Part shown: piece after piece, positions 28,210 to 41,665 of the stretch
Position numbering within the stretch: the first letter of the stretch is position 1
How the letters are laid out: every line of letters begins with the position of its first letter
Source: Atractiella rhizophila
Taxonomy: Eukaryota
Reading direction: 5' to 3'
DNA length: 64,000 nucleotides
Assembly (NCBI GenBank): GCA_021432655.1
Contig: MU271415.1
Location: forward strand, 1 to 64,000
Program-made: the position numbers and the translations under genes
The notes under the pieces: model-generated
What the model saw: only the letters and a program-made list of their open reading frames with translations
Told to the model about the DNA's origin: nothing
The model's database searches: none

Positions 28210-30794
28210 TCACCATCTCCTCCTCTTTTTGCGAGACTTTCTCTTTTCTTCCTTTTCCTCCTCTTCTAGCTTATACTCTTCCATTCCTCTCATCTCCAAC
28301 CCCTCCAAAAAATCTCCAAATGACTTTATTCCAGCCACAAGAGCATTCAAGTCCTCGTCCTCCGTTCTCAGCTTCGCACCGATCTGCTTCGAGTTCTGCT
28401 TCTCCTTCTCTATGACGTCCTCTAACGGCTGGACGGTTTTAGAACGGAAATTTGATAACCTCACTTGGTATTCAAGCCACTTGATCAGCTTCTTGATGTC
28501 GTCTTGTGTCTGTATCAGCCACCATCTTTTCGGCGCCTCCGCCTTCTCTTGCTCTCCGACGCCGTAAACAAGCAACCCGAGTCCAATTTCGCACTGTAGA
28601 CTCTCGTCTGCCGCACAATCTTGCTTCTTGGAAGAAGATTTTCTGATGGCTGTCTCAGAAGGCGTAACAGTCCAGTACTCGTTGCCTTTCAAATCACTTC
28701 CAAGTGATGTAAACCGTTGACGGTTTGCCAGAGTAGCGAGGTACAGCGTGACATCTAAAAATCTGTCAGCTCACATAAACCTGCCGGCCTCAACGAAAGG
28801 CATACTTAATTCTCCGATCCTCCTCATCCACATGTTCTTCTCCTTCGCTGAAGCTTCCTCCCAATCCCTCAGCTCCCGCTTCAAGTCTTCGCTGTCGCCA
28901 GAAAGTACGCCGTGTTCATTGAGTGTAAGCGCTGGTCGCGACAGATCCAGCTCAGACTTTTTCTCATCATATGCTGCGTTGATGTCCTTTTTCGAGGCGG
29001 CATAATCCCGTTTTGCTCGAGCAAGCAGTTCGTGAGCCTGCAGGGAAGAGTAAGAATCATGCCATGGTAAAAATGGACGATCGAACCTCTAACAGACCTC
29101 TGTGCCCTCTGCAACCCTTTAAGCTCAACCATATATTCACCAGGCCTTCCGTCATGGAGAGCTTTTGCAATGTCGAGTACTCGACAACATCCTCTTTCAG
29201 GGGTATCACCTCCTCGTCTTCCTCGTCTTCCTCCTCAGGCTCTGTCCCTTCCTCGCTGCTGAATTTTTTCATTCGTGGCTTTTCCTGCACCTCTTCGTCC
29301 TCACTTTCTTGTTCCACTTCTCCCACACCCTCCTTCACCGCGTCTTCCACCAGCTTCCAAAACTTTCCTGCTCCGGCTCCAGCGCGACTGCTCCTCGCCC
29401 TTGCTTTTTTCCACCCATTCTTCTTCATCCACTCGTACAATTCGTTCCAAGCCGTCTCCACTTCAACCCCATCGTCAATGATTTCTCTGGACAGCAGTCG
29501 CGCGAGATCGAGGAGTGAAGCTGACAGTTCGTCTTCATCGAGAACGGAAGGGCTTGGGACAGAGTCATTGTCGGTGCTCAGAGTGAGCGAGAGACTGAAC
29601 GAACAGTCGAAGCTCAAAGCAAGAGCGAATTCGCGCAAATGGAGCAGGCGGAGGTCGTCCTGGTACGAAAATGGGGACGCATCGCCTAGTTGAGAAGGCG
29701 TCGTGTAAGGGAGACGCGGGAGGAGGACAGGAGCAAAGGTCGGTAGAGGAGGACGCCTTGGAGCTATTGGCTTCCGAAATTTTGGAGCAGGTGGTGGAGC
29801 AACAGCAGAGGCTGCCCCATCAACGACTCCCGCTAAACTGGCCACTTTAGATGATCCCACCTCATTTACACGGCTTTGGACCGTTAACTGCGGTTTCTTC
29901 TCCTTCACAATTATTTTCACTGGAACTTCTTTAGTCAAACCCATCTCCTGATTCTCTCCTGAAAACAAGCGCATCTGCGTCTCTCGACGCCGCTTTCTAG
30001 CCTCTTCCATTTCAGGGCTGTCAACGACACCCTTCAGTGGTGGAGGTTGTATCTTCTTCCGCGGTTGATTATCTTGCTCAAAACCACTCTCTGCAGCTCG
30101 TCTCTCCGGTGGGGCAGTCTGACCTATAGGTAAGACGAGAACGGCCTGCTTGATTGGTACTTTGCCTAGCCGTGGCTTCTTCGCTCCTTTAGGAAGAGCA
30201 TCTGGTCCAGCCTTTCTCTTGTTGGATAAACGGCGGCTGTCGTCTGAATCGCTGCGTTGCGCTGTGGAACGGGCATCCTGAACCGGCTTCTTCAGCTTCT
30301 TCCTCACAACCACCGTGAGAACGTCTTCTTCGCCCTCGTCTTTGTCTTCGTCGCTGTCGTCGATAGTAACAATATTGGTCTCGGGTACTATGGGTTGATG
30401 AGTTCGACCGTGACGCTTGATCGAAACGTCGTCCTTTTCCTCACGCGATGGCAGCTGTTCCTTTGTCCGTTTCTTTGAGAGGCTGTCTCTAGACGCGCTC
30501 GACGCCTGTTGCTTCGGTGGTAGAACACTTAGGGAGAAAGAGTTGTTTACTGCTTTGGGGGAAAGCGCTCCTTAACATCGATCCACTCGATTACCCCACA
30601 GTTGCGCTCAATCTCAGTAGAAACGCACCTTTACGCGTTTCTTCATCAGAAAGCGATGATTTGTACCTCGACATATCGACAGATGGTCGCCCCAGGCTGG
30701 ACAGACGCGCAGGGGATGCTATATGAATGATGCTGGACGATGACAGCTTTCTCGTCAGCGTTTCCACGCCTGCTGGTTGGGCGTTCGGGGCCAT
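28210..30794 (-). CDS. Large low-complexity nuclear protein with C-terminal WHIM/WSD-like motif (ISWI accessory-type)
   Basis: RFTSLGSDLKGNEYW and WWLIQTQDDIKKLIKWL resemble the WSD (WHIM2/3) motifs; long charged N-terminal region. Confidence 0.55.
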
Positions 30795-31295
30795 TCGAGA
30801 GACAATTTAGAAGGCTGTTAGACGAATCGAAATCAAGCAAAGTCGACAACAATGGAAGAGTCGGTTTTGTTTCTCGCGTTGTTACCTTAAGAACTGCACA
30901 ACAACGCGCAAACTAGAGCACTCAAAAAGTGCAGAATTGATGGTTTCCGCGGTACTGTATGCCAAACAGCTGCGACTGAGAGCAATAGCTTTATAAAGGT
31001 GGTAGTCTGAAGTCTTTCATGCCGGATTATTGGGCAGGCGAGTTTACAAAATGTTAACGTAGCAGAGTAACGTTGTATGCAGCAATATCTGGTGGTGTAG
31101 TCCAGTTATGAACAATTTCTCCAATTATTTCTTCTGATATTATTAGTCCAGGAAGCCGTTGAGCCGTTAGAATGAATAAATTTGACGAAGAAGTGGTATC
31201 TCATGTTCCGGTTCAGGTGATAGCCGTCTCCCTTCAACTATTTTACCATATATTCAGTAAAAGACCTTTGACTTTAGCTGAGGTGACGTACTGTT

Positions 31296-33265
31296 CTACT
31301 CCTCTTCGTATCCTTCCTCAGCCTCTTCTTCTAATTCCTCGTCATCGGCACTTGCTTGTTCATACTGCTGGTATTCAGCAATCAAGTCTTGCAAATTGCT
31401 CTCCGCCTCAGAACTACACATATTGATCAGCTCTGGTTACTCTTCATGGCAGAGAGTAATGCAGACAATTCAAGTTCTTCCATACCCTCTTGTGAGTACC
31501 AGTGGAGGAAAGCCTTTCTCCGGAACATAGCTGCAAACTGTGCGTGTGTGCGCTTGAAAAGTTCTTGAATTGAGGTGGAGTTCCCAATGAAGGTAGCTGA
31601 CATTCGGAGACCAGCTGGAGGGATTGAGCAAAGTGACGTTTGGACCCTGCCCCGCCATTATATAGTAAGAGAGAGTAGAATTAATAACTGTGACACGGCG
31701 TACCGGTTAGGGATCCATTCGACGAAGTAAGCATCATTCCTTTGTTGCACTATCAAAGGCGGTCAGCCCTACCGACAAGTAAAAGTGTGAGGGTAGCCGA
31801 TCATACCATTGTACATGCTCTCTTCCACATCTCTACTAGCAACGTTCTGTCCCCTAAATATGGCAGCGACCGTAAGGTATCTCCCGAGTCTTCACATCTC
31901 ATTAACTTCCAATGCTCGCAGTTCAACGGGCCACACACCTTGGATCGCAAGCTGCAAAGATATTCAGAGGACTGAACATCTGTTGGGTAAGTTCTTGGAC
32001 GTTAAGCTTATGATAGCTATTTGTCCCTGGCGCAACAAGTGGTGCAAAACCACAAGTGAAAAAGTGTAAACGAGGAAACGGAACCATGTTCACTCCAAGC
32101 TTTCGCAGATCAGAGTTAAGCTGTCCCGGGAATCGAAGCGTTGTCGTGCACCCAGACTACGCGCAAGTTTAACAGATGTGAGCGCGATCACAAAGAATAC
32201 GCACAATGACGTTGCTGATCAAGGCGTTGAGGAAATCGTAGTCTGGATTGGAGTTTTTAAGAGTCTTCTGAGCGATATCGTATAACGCTTCGTTGTCCAA
32301 GCAAAAAGTCTCGTCAGAGTTCTCGACCAACTGGTGGAAGCAGAGGGTTGCATTGTAAGGCTATTCAAATGATTCTGTGAGAAGAAGCTTGAATGTCAAA
32401 CAGAAATTATACTTCAACGACTGTATCCGAGACTTTCGGCGAAGGAAGGATAGACCAAGTGCTGTAAGCGAGCTAGGTGAGATGATGGAATTAGACAAAA
32501 GACAGCATACGCGATCATCCGATCTGGGTATTCTTCTCTAATCTTACTCAACAGTAGACTTCCCAGTCCACTCCCAGTTCCTCCACCAAGTGAGTGAATG
32601 AGTTGAAATCCTTGTACAAGGTCGCATCTCTCCGTTTCCAGACGCAGCTGTTCCATGATGTTATCCAGAAGTTCGGCACCTAAGTTAGATCAAGAGGTTC
32701 ATTGAGAACTATTTCAGTCATTTTGAGCTCACAAAATCACCTTCAGTGTAGAATCCCTTTGCTAGACCATGGATAAGCTCCTTCTCGTAATGATCAGGTA
32801 GAAAAACAGACAGAAATTGTTTCCTGCTCCAGATTGACCATGAATGAAATTGTCCGGTCGGAAGAGTTTGCCCAATGGTCCACCTTTGATGGTCTCCATC
32901 GTGGCGGGCTCAAGATCAAGCTGATAGCTCTTTTGAGCCTGACCATTCCTCTACCAAAACAGAAAACGCACCTGTAACGAGCGCGGGACCCATTTGGCTT
33001 CAGAAGCTTCGGAGAAGAAGACATTCAGGCGCTCCGTCTGATACGCATCACTGCTCACAACATCCCAATCCACTCCATTAAATACATGTTGAAATAGATT
33101 ACTTTCCAACGTATTTCCCATTATTGTCCAAGCCATGCTCCACCAGTAACGATTGCCAGTACGCGGAGGCGATTTGGTTGCCTATGTTTACCTTCAGTTA
33201 ACCAAATGTAATGCACCGATCTACACACCCGCTTGACCAGTTTGGAGCGTAATTATCTCTCTCAT
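31296..33265 (-). CDS. Divergent beta-tubulin paralogue 3
   Basis: Hand-spliced [107 protein letters not shown], acidic tail. No stop or frameshift seen. Confidence 0.92.
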
Positions 33266-33957
33266 GACGCGTCAAAGGGACGAGGGACTGCAAATCGATC
33301 GTAAACTTGCTGCTGCTGTTTCGACTGTCACTGGACCAGCCCCTTGGGGCAGAGATGATCATCCTCCCAATCCTTCTCTTCTCTGCGATAATCCAATGGA
33401 AATGAATGTGCATTTTCTAATTGTCTCATTACTAGCTCCCAGTTCAGGAGGCCGAAGCTTGCGCTTCTTTGAAGATTTAATGTTTTCTGCCAAACGCCTG
33501 TGACAGGCCAATAAAATAGGTACTGTTAACGTTCCATCTATTCGACCCAATTATCGAGTCTTGAAATATCACCAGCTACCAGGTGCGATTTTGAGATGGT
33601 TGAAATGTTGGAATCTATCGTAGTGGTGGTTGCAGATTCATTACGTCCCACAATGTGCAATGCATTTCCTTGCACATTGTCTCAGGGAACAGAGAAGTTC
33701 TTCCCAGGAGAAGGTCCTTACTGTACAACTTCTGTCTTTAAGCTGTTTTTGTTGTTTTCTGTGCAGTGCAGTGGACGCCAAATTCCAAATGCCAACAGAC
33801 CGCTAACAGACCACGGAAATTATATCAAGAGGAGTCACAGGAGGAAACCTTGTCCTTATTAATAGTCAGCGTGAGACCGCGATCAAGCTGCCCGTGCGAC
33901 AGCTTCATCTTCGAGAATTCAGTCCTATCTGAGTCTTGGTTTGAGACTCATCACAAC

Positions 33958-36108
33958 ATGAGGGCTTCTCTGTCCTTGGTCAGCGCTTCCTTCCTTCTGC
34001 AAGTCGTTGCGGCAGCTGTTACTTTCACTGCCCAACAGCCCTTGGCCTTTCAAACGGAGACAAACTCCGTCAATGGCGGTGACGGTGGGTATTGGCGTTC
34101 AAACGAGCTTGAGAGAATCCTTACGGGGGAATATAGTCTCTATTGTCACTCATCCCGCTTTCAAAGACCATCGCATCCGCCTCGTTGTACCAGAAGACGC
34201 GTGTCCAACGAAAGCAAAGCAATGGGCCGGCTACCTCGACGTCAGTGCAAACAACAGTCACCATATGTTTTTCTGGTATTTTGAGAGCGAAAGAGATCCG
34301 GAGAATGACCCTCTGGTGATTTGGTTCGCAGGAGGGTATGTTTGCCTCTCTCAGAACCTATCAGAAGCTGAAGATTTTCCAAGTCCGGGAACCTCTGGAC
34401 TGCTGTCTGTTTTCGGAGGGACAGGACCTTGCCTCTTCAATGAGCATGGCAATGGCACCTTTCCGAATCCTTATAGGTACCAAGTTCATTATCCTCGCCT
34501 CAACTGCACACTGATGCTGGGCTGTAGCTGGAACAATGTCGCGAATCTGATCATCGTTGACCAACCTGTGGGGTGAGATTCCAGCTCTCCTACACGAGCT
34601 ATAGTCAACCGGTGTGCAGCGTCGGCTTCAGCTATTTCGATGAAGGTGCGGAGCCAGTGAGCGATAGCTTCAGGGCTGGAAAAGATAGTGCGTCATCTAA
34701 GTGTGTAATCATATCCTCTCTAATGCTACGAGTAGTCTACGCCTTCCTGCAGCTATTCTACAAACGCTTTCCCTCTAAATGGAATGTGCCGTTGACGCTT
34801 GCTGGAGGATCATACGGTTGGCCACTTAAATACTACACATAATGCGAGCTAAATACCATAATTCCTACAGGAGGAGCGTATGTACCTACCTTCGCCCATG
34901 TTATTTTCGAAGAAAATCAAAAGAAGTCAACCTCCATTTGGAAAGATGAGCTGGTCTATGTACCCATGGAAACATTGGCAATCGGTTAGTTCCTCTTTTC
35001 TTCTCCTTGCGCGAGGCTCATACAAGGACAGGCAACGGTCTAAGCAATTTCGGTGTGCAGGTGCATTAGCTACTACCTCTTCCACCTAAGCCAATAATCT
35101 TGTGCCCTCTAGCTTCCCTTGACACCAGAATGGGCTTGCGACGTGCACGGCCTGTTCGATGAGCAAGAATGCGCCATCATGAAGCGATCCGCCCCTATCT
35201 GCGCTGCAGCATTCAAAAATTGTCTCGACTTCGACTTCGACAAAGCTGCTTGTTTTCCCGCCGCCGAGTACTGTCAGTCAACCATGCTTGGCCCTGCAAT
35301 GTCGAAGAATATTTCCGTATACGACATTACTGAGAAGTGTGCGCCGGAAGAATGTTTTATATCTGTAAGATTTTCCTTGGATCCCTTCAAGTTATGTCCT
35401 CGAATCCGCGTTGGCGCAGGCATTCAATCCCCTCATCAAATATCTAAACTCTCCGGAAACGAGGAAAAAGTTGAAGCTGGTACCTGACTCAATCAAATGG
35501 GAGCCTGTTTCCTAGTCGGCTTTCCGTCCTATTCCCAATTTTTGGACTCATGGGTGTCATAGTGAACTCAGCGAGCGCTTCGTTCTGGCTGGTGATGAAT
35601 TTTATCCTCACTCTGACCTGCTCGCTCCTCTCGTCACCTCTGGGATTAGAGTGATCGCTTACATAGGGGACTGGTGCGTACACTGGCGCTGTGCTGATTA
35701 CAAACGTTGACACTGTACTGTATACAGGGATATGATCTGTCACTGGTAAGCTCGCAGCGAGCTCCATCTCTCCGTATATACCTCTCACACAAAGGCAGGC
35801 TCGGAAACCTTCGCTGGATGCTGGATCTTCCCACCCCATTTCAATCCGAATTCGCAGTTGCTGAGGACGAAAAGATCTTTTTTCAAGACAAGTTGAAGGC
35901 TACGATTCGAACGGCAGGACAAGGTGCTGGGAACTTTGCTTTCGTCAGGATCTTTGAGGCTGGCCATGGAATCGTTGGTTACCAACCTGCTTTTACCGTA
36001 TGGATGTTGGAAAATTGGTCCGTCCGCTTTGGTCCTCACTTGGTTCTAGTGTTGATGACTAGCAGGCTTCAAAACACGGAATTTAAGTCGCAGAGCACCG
36101 GCTTTTAA
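33958..36108 (+). CDS. Secreted S10 serine carboxypeptidase-like alpha/beta hydrolase
   Basis: Signal peptide MRASLSLVSASFLLQVVAAA; WAGYLDV, HMFFWYFESERDPENDPLVIW, DQPVGVGFSY; triad motifs AGGSYGG, GDWDMIC, FEAGHG. Confidence 0.92.
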
Positions 36109-36273
36109 CTTCCTTCTGGAATGTCATAGTGACACATATGAGGATCTTCAATTCTGATATCAATGCCACACTCACACCTCGAAATCATTACCGCAGGGAC
36201 ATATTTCGTCGTGCGAACGTGGCTCGGGTTGTGGATGATTTTTACGTCCCCGATACTCGCAGGACGATGCCAA

Positions 36274-36376
36274 TAATCCTGAATACGTTAGAGATCGAAC
36301 ATGGAAGCCCTCATTTCATCCTTGCCTTGGATTCGGTAGTGCAAACAGCAATCAACTGTGTACTATGGTCAATTGG
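36274..36376 (+). repeat. 103-bp direct repeat of 38055-38157 (displaced fragment of the F-box gene)
   Basis: taatcctgaatacgttagag...ctatggtcaattgg occurs twice with 2 mismatches and encodes ILNTLEIEHGSPHFILAL..VVQTAINCVLWSIG in both places. Confidence 0.92.
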
Positions 36377-36853
36377 ACATACTTCCGATCTTCAAATGGA
36401 ACATTATACCACTTTCGCTCGCCTCTTTCTCGTTAAATGGGGTTAGCAGGTCTTTCGAAGAAGAGAAGCAGCCTTAATATCTTGGGAAGATTATCTGAGA
36501 CTCAATCTGCAGAACGCCCATCATGTTTGTATTTAGGCAGCGCAATATGGAATGCGGAGTACGAGAGCAAGCGACGAAAGACGCGAACCATCATTGGTGC
36601 AACTTAACGGGAGAGGAAGAACGAGGACTATTTCATAAAAGGGTGGTCTGGCTAGGAACTGGAATGAGCACATACGGCTAAATAACCGTTAATCCTCGCT
36701 GAGGCAAACCAGGCTTGAATTCTGATCCAAAGTTTTGACATTCGAAACAGAAATCGAGCGGTATCAAGCGCCATTTGGGTACTGTGGAATTCGGAGGCTG
36801 AGTCATCCTTAGTCCTTGTCGACCAACACAAACAACGGTGACCAGATCGAAAG

Positions 36854-38680
36854 ATGGCTAATGAGATCGATCCGACCTTTGCAACAGGAGCCTTGTTTTT
36901 AAATGAGGTGGAACCCGAAATTCAGGAGAAATCAGAGGAGAAATGTGCGTTGGTTTACAATATTTAGGATTGACTAGCGTGACCTTGAAGCTGAGCTGTT
37001 TCATCAGCGTTAGTACCGAAACTTGGAGGAAAGGAGGGACCGAGAGAGGATCTTACAATATCTTTGAGTAAATCTTTTGTGACGTTGACCAACGTCCGAA
37101 CATTACACATCTATCTCCTTCGCGATATATCATCCGAGTCACAACATCTTTTTCAAGAATTTCTGTCCCTTGACCGCGGCGTGCGAGTTTTAAGAGCAGA
37201 AGGATCCAAGCTTTACATCGGAGGGGACGCCGCTGACACCCCTACGTCTCACTCTCTGGATCTATTTCTAGGTTTCTGTAACTCTGAGACTTGTGCTGGT
37301 ATCGTCGACTCTCAATTTAGTCCAAGTTCCGTGAACCCAGATTTCAATGAAGGAAAGTTTTTTTCCTCCTTTTATTGGCACTTCACACACGGTTTCGAAG
37401 GTTACTGGAGACCAGTTCTAGACTCAAGCCGCCGCCAATATATTATCCGTCCCGACGATACGTTTGTTTTTGTTATGGGTTCGACTCACCGTCCTGATTT
37501 GAGTCCACTGTCAACAGCTGGAACATTTTCCCCAATTTCCCTGTTGCCTTCCGAAATTATGGATAGTATCTTTCAATATCTCTATTTGCATTCACCGTAC
37601 AAACAGTTTTCAATATACCGATTGGTTTGTCGAAAGTGGAGCGAGCAGCTATCGTCCTACGCAAATGAGCCTAAAACTACTCAGGAAAAGCTTCACTTTT
37701 TTGCTCGGTCTCCAATATGTCAGAGGTTGTGGCATCAACTGAATTACGACTACAACGATCATACGGCACAAATCAATCTCATCCAGCTCTTGACGACGAT
37801 AAGGCTGTTTCAACCTAGAATTTCCGAACTCAAGTTGCTATATCCCTCCACAGAAGAGCTCCGATCCAACTTCATCGAACTTGCAGATCTGGATACTATA
37901 GTACACCTTCATCTCATGGGTTGGGATGAAACTAGGGCTATCTACTTCTTGTTTCATAGTAAATCTCGCTCGGTGTTGACTTTCGTTCACTTGCGACAGT
38001 TACACTCCGCTCTTACATCGTGTCCTGATGGGGAATCGGACAGGATCCAACCGTTAATCCTGAATACGTTAGAGATCGAACATGGAAGCCCTCATTTCAT
38101 CCTTGCCTTGAATTTGGTAGTGCAAACAGCAATCAACTGTGTACTATGGTCAATTGGTGCAAAGCTTCCAACATTGTCTTCTCAACAGGCGCAAACCCTT
38201 TCTACGCTCCGTTTATTCTACAGACCAAATCTCCGGTTCGATATCAGTCAAATTATTTTTGACAAGCCGCTTAATTTATTCGATTGTTCCATCCTTGGAT
38301 CAGTCCAATTGGACGGGGGTCACGAAAACAGCAATATCTTGCCGAATACCATTTTTTATCAGCTGATGACTCGCACGACTGTTTTTCACCTTGATTTTAG
38401 GTTCTGCACTGTAAACTTCAGCGACTTTCTCACTTGTATCCCTTACTTCCACCAACGGGAAGGAGGCTTGAGGATCTATCTTACCCCCTTTTTCGGTGAC
38501 TGGACGGAAGAAAACTCGCAGAAGTTGCAGAATGTAACCAAACATCGACGTATTGGTTTTAAACTGCACTCGAATGTTGGAAGGGATGGTGAATCAAGCG
38601 AGTCTTTTCGATTATACGATAATGATGATTGCATGGGTGAACAAGCTTTTATGTGGAGATTTGAACTCGGACATCCTTAA
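36854..38680 (+). CDS. F-box-like protein of unknown function
   Basis: Internal ISLLPSEIMDSIFQYL...YRLVCRKWSEQL. ATG 36854 plus one intron joins in frame to the 538-aa ORF. Confidence 0.65.
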
Positions 38681-39793
38681 TTCTCTCCTTTGTTTCTACT
38701 GTCTGACTTGGCTTTACTTCAATGTATTAGTTTCCTTATCAACGTAGCCCGCAGTTTTTTATTCGTGCCTTGGATTTCTCCGTTCTTGTTTCTATTCCAC
38801 AGTGAGAGGAGCGATGGTGGATATGTATACGAGATTCCTCCAAGTTCAGACGCGCCAGCCATTCTATGGAACTTCACGCGGACATCACAGTCGATTCCAG
38901 GACAGTCCTTATCCTCTCAAGGAAACAGTTGACTAGTAGGAACGAAACTCATCTTTCAAATGGTTAATCTAAGCCCCATTGCAACGACGAAGAGAAGAGA
39001 ACGTGTAGTTCAATCAGCATGTTCAAGGACTTGGTCGGATTGGCATCGTTCCCAAGTGCAAAGGATTGATCGATTTGATAACGTGCAAAAGCGAGAGTAA
39101 GCTACTTGGACCTGAACAGGTCATTTTCCAAGTCTACACACCAGCATTTTAAATGGTGTTGCTGAGCGGTGTGAGGTGTTCGTGGAATCAAAGCCCTGGA
39201 CCACCGCGCCACACTCGACGCCGTCGCTCCTTCTATGTAGCTCATCCCTGGCGAATTCAGGAGAACAAAAGAGATTCTCGTGTATTTACAGTAATCTGTT
39301 ACACATAAGCGCATTGATTTCCGAAGGAGGGAAGAACCACGGCATGACTCTTCTCTTTATTTCTTGAGTAGACCTTTGTGGAATGGGGGGAGGCACAAAG
39401 GATGTCATCGGCTTCATGTATGTCAAAGTATCACCTCTTGGTACCACTCGTGCCAACAATAGTGTTAACCATGTCGTCCAGTCTATCATCAAGAATGCAG
39501 TGGTGGGAAAGCTCAATGGGCTGTGGCTTGGCGAAAAGGGCCACCAACGGTAGAGACATCAACGCTTTTACCACTCTATGTGCATTGCGGACCCCAGCTT
39601 CTGCAGCTGACGCATTTGGAGAGCCTTTAGAGAGCCTTTGGAGTCGAAGCAGCGGCTCGTGGACAGTGAAAGTCTCATACGCTTATAGCAGAACGCAGCT
39701 TCGATATGTATGGCGCAGGTGAAATGAGGTCGAAGATCAGTTCCTCTGTACGATATATTAGTATAATGAAGTGAGTGGTGTAATCGATGAAAA

Positions 39794-40652
39794 TCATCGT
39801 TTCTTTTTGATCTTGAGTTTTCCCTCTCCTAAACCGTTGAAACCACCATCAGCATTCTTTTCACTTGAGAAGTAAAAGTAGCGAGAAGGAAAAAAAGACA
39901 GACCTTTCTTCGGTGGTCCCTTTCCTCTCGCCTTGAGCGCAGCACCAGTAGCCAACCTGCGTACAATCCCTCATTCCACCCGAATCTGAACAGAGAGAGG
40001 GAGACACGCACCGATCCTCCTCCTCCTCGTCCACCCGATACTCCTCGTCCTCCAAATACATGCTCAACATCATCCTCCTCTTCCTAAACCTTCCCGTACC
40101 CACATACTCCCTCATAGTCTTATCCACACCCGAAAGCTTCAGCTCTTTCTCGCTCCACGGCTCCGGCACCATATCCCACCTGACCTTTTCCTCTTCTTCC
40201 GCCTTCCACAACCCTCTCAGCTCCCTCCTATCGTTTCCATCCCTCCCCACCCTATTTCCAAACTCCAAATCGGAAGGTTTGAGTCTCTCAAACAAATGAG
40301 GCGACAAATCCCTCGCATACTCCCTATCACTGACACTCTGCAGCGTCTCCGTCCCGCCCTCCCCACCCGGCGCCGCGTCCCCAAACACCTCTTCGGCCCT
40401 CCTGTACAGCGTATTCATCTTCCGCCAGTTCGTAGGCTCCCTCTGTCCGGGCCTGTCCCATGTCGGCTCGTGCCGGAAGAGCGCGTTGGTGTAGTAGGAC
40501 GTGAGCGTGGGGCCCCGTAGACGGTCTTGCAGGTGTCGGACTCCGGTCCGCGCGGCAGAGGGGTTGAAGCGGGTGTTGAAGATGGAGCTCCGGAGGGACT
40601 CGATGTGGAGTGAGCGTGGACGCGGGGGGAAGACGGGGGGAGAGGGCGGCAT
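39794..40652 (-). CDS. RSM27: Mitochondrial small-subunit ribosomal protein mS33 with a long insertion
   Basis: IFNTRFNPSAARTGVRHLQDRLRGPTLTSYY and spliced C-terminus DEEEEDRL...KARGKGPPKKGEGK. Confidence 0.85.
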
Positions 40653-40910
40653 GGTGAAAGACTTTAGACTTTTGTTGGGGAGTAAATTTAAGGAGGAGAA
40701 CTACGGCTAAGTGTGAGACTACGATTACAGGACGGAATCACGTCAGACAAGGGAACACGGGACGGAAGCGGCAACTACCCCATACTCGTTGTGAAAAGAA
40801 AAGATCAAGAAACGACCACTCCTTTCTTCAGTCTCGGTCCTTCCTCTCGCCCTATCTTGCCCTATCCCATACGGCACACGTGCTGCATCTACGAGGTGTA
40901 TACTAGCACA

Positions 40911-41665
40911 ATGAAGGTCTCCATCCTCTCTTTCCTCCCGCTCATTGCTGCCCTCCCTCAGCCTCAGGTCGCAGGGCCTCAACCGAGCTTGGTCTATACG
41001 TATGTCTCTTCTATCCTATCCCCTAATCCCCATTCTTCATTTCTCTCCTTTCTTACCCTTTCATATCATACACCCTTCTTCTTTATCAGTATCCCACCCT
41101 CATCCTGACTGACAACCTGACACGATGCCTAAATAAAGCTACGACGGCCAATCCGTCGACCCCTCCATCCTCTCAGCCGCCGCCGCCGCGGGTGTACCAT
41201 ACAACTCCCTCCTGAGCGTTCCCGAAGGTCAGTCGCCTCCGTATCTCCATTTTTACTTACTGAGAGAGATGGATGGATGTGCAGGAGCAAACACCGCGAC
41301 TGCGACCGTGGGAAATTTCACCACCGGTCCCACGCGCGGCTCTCCCACCGTCCCCCTCGCCACTGGAGCCGCAAGTTTCAGCAGCGGTCCATCGTGCGTC
41401 GATCGTTCCTATCCTCACCGTGACCATTCACCAATCTAACTTGGATCGTGTTGTGTGTAGGGGAGAAATAGGGTCGACCAACGTCCGCAATCCCCATCCT
41501 ACCACGGGAACATTCACCCTCCCTGATCTGAGCAAGGCGACGGGTACCGCGGCTAGCGAGAACCCTGTTGATTCTGGCGCTGGCGGGAGGAACTTGAACG
41601 GTGGTGGAAGAGGGATGGTTTGGGCGGGGATGGCTGTCGTTCTTGGGTTCATTCTCGTTCTTTGA
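40911..41665 (+). CDS. Small secreted Ser/Thr/Gly-rich protein with probable GPI-anchor signal
   Basis: Signal-like MKVSILSFLPLIAALPQ, three introns, C-terminus DSGAGG...MVWAGMAVVLGFILVL*. Confidence 0.75.

Noticed and set aside
38940..39722. Short ORFs downstream of the F-box gene
   Set aside because: No coherent spliced gene or homology could be recognised by eye.
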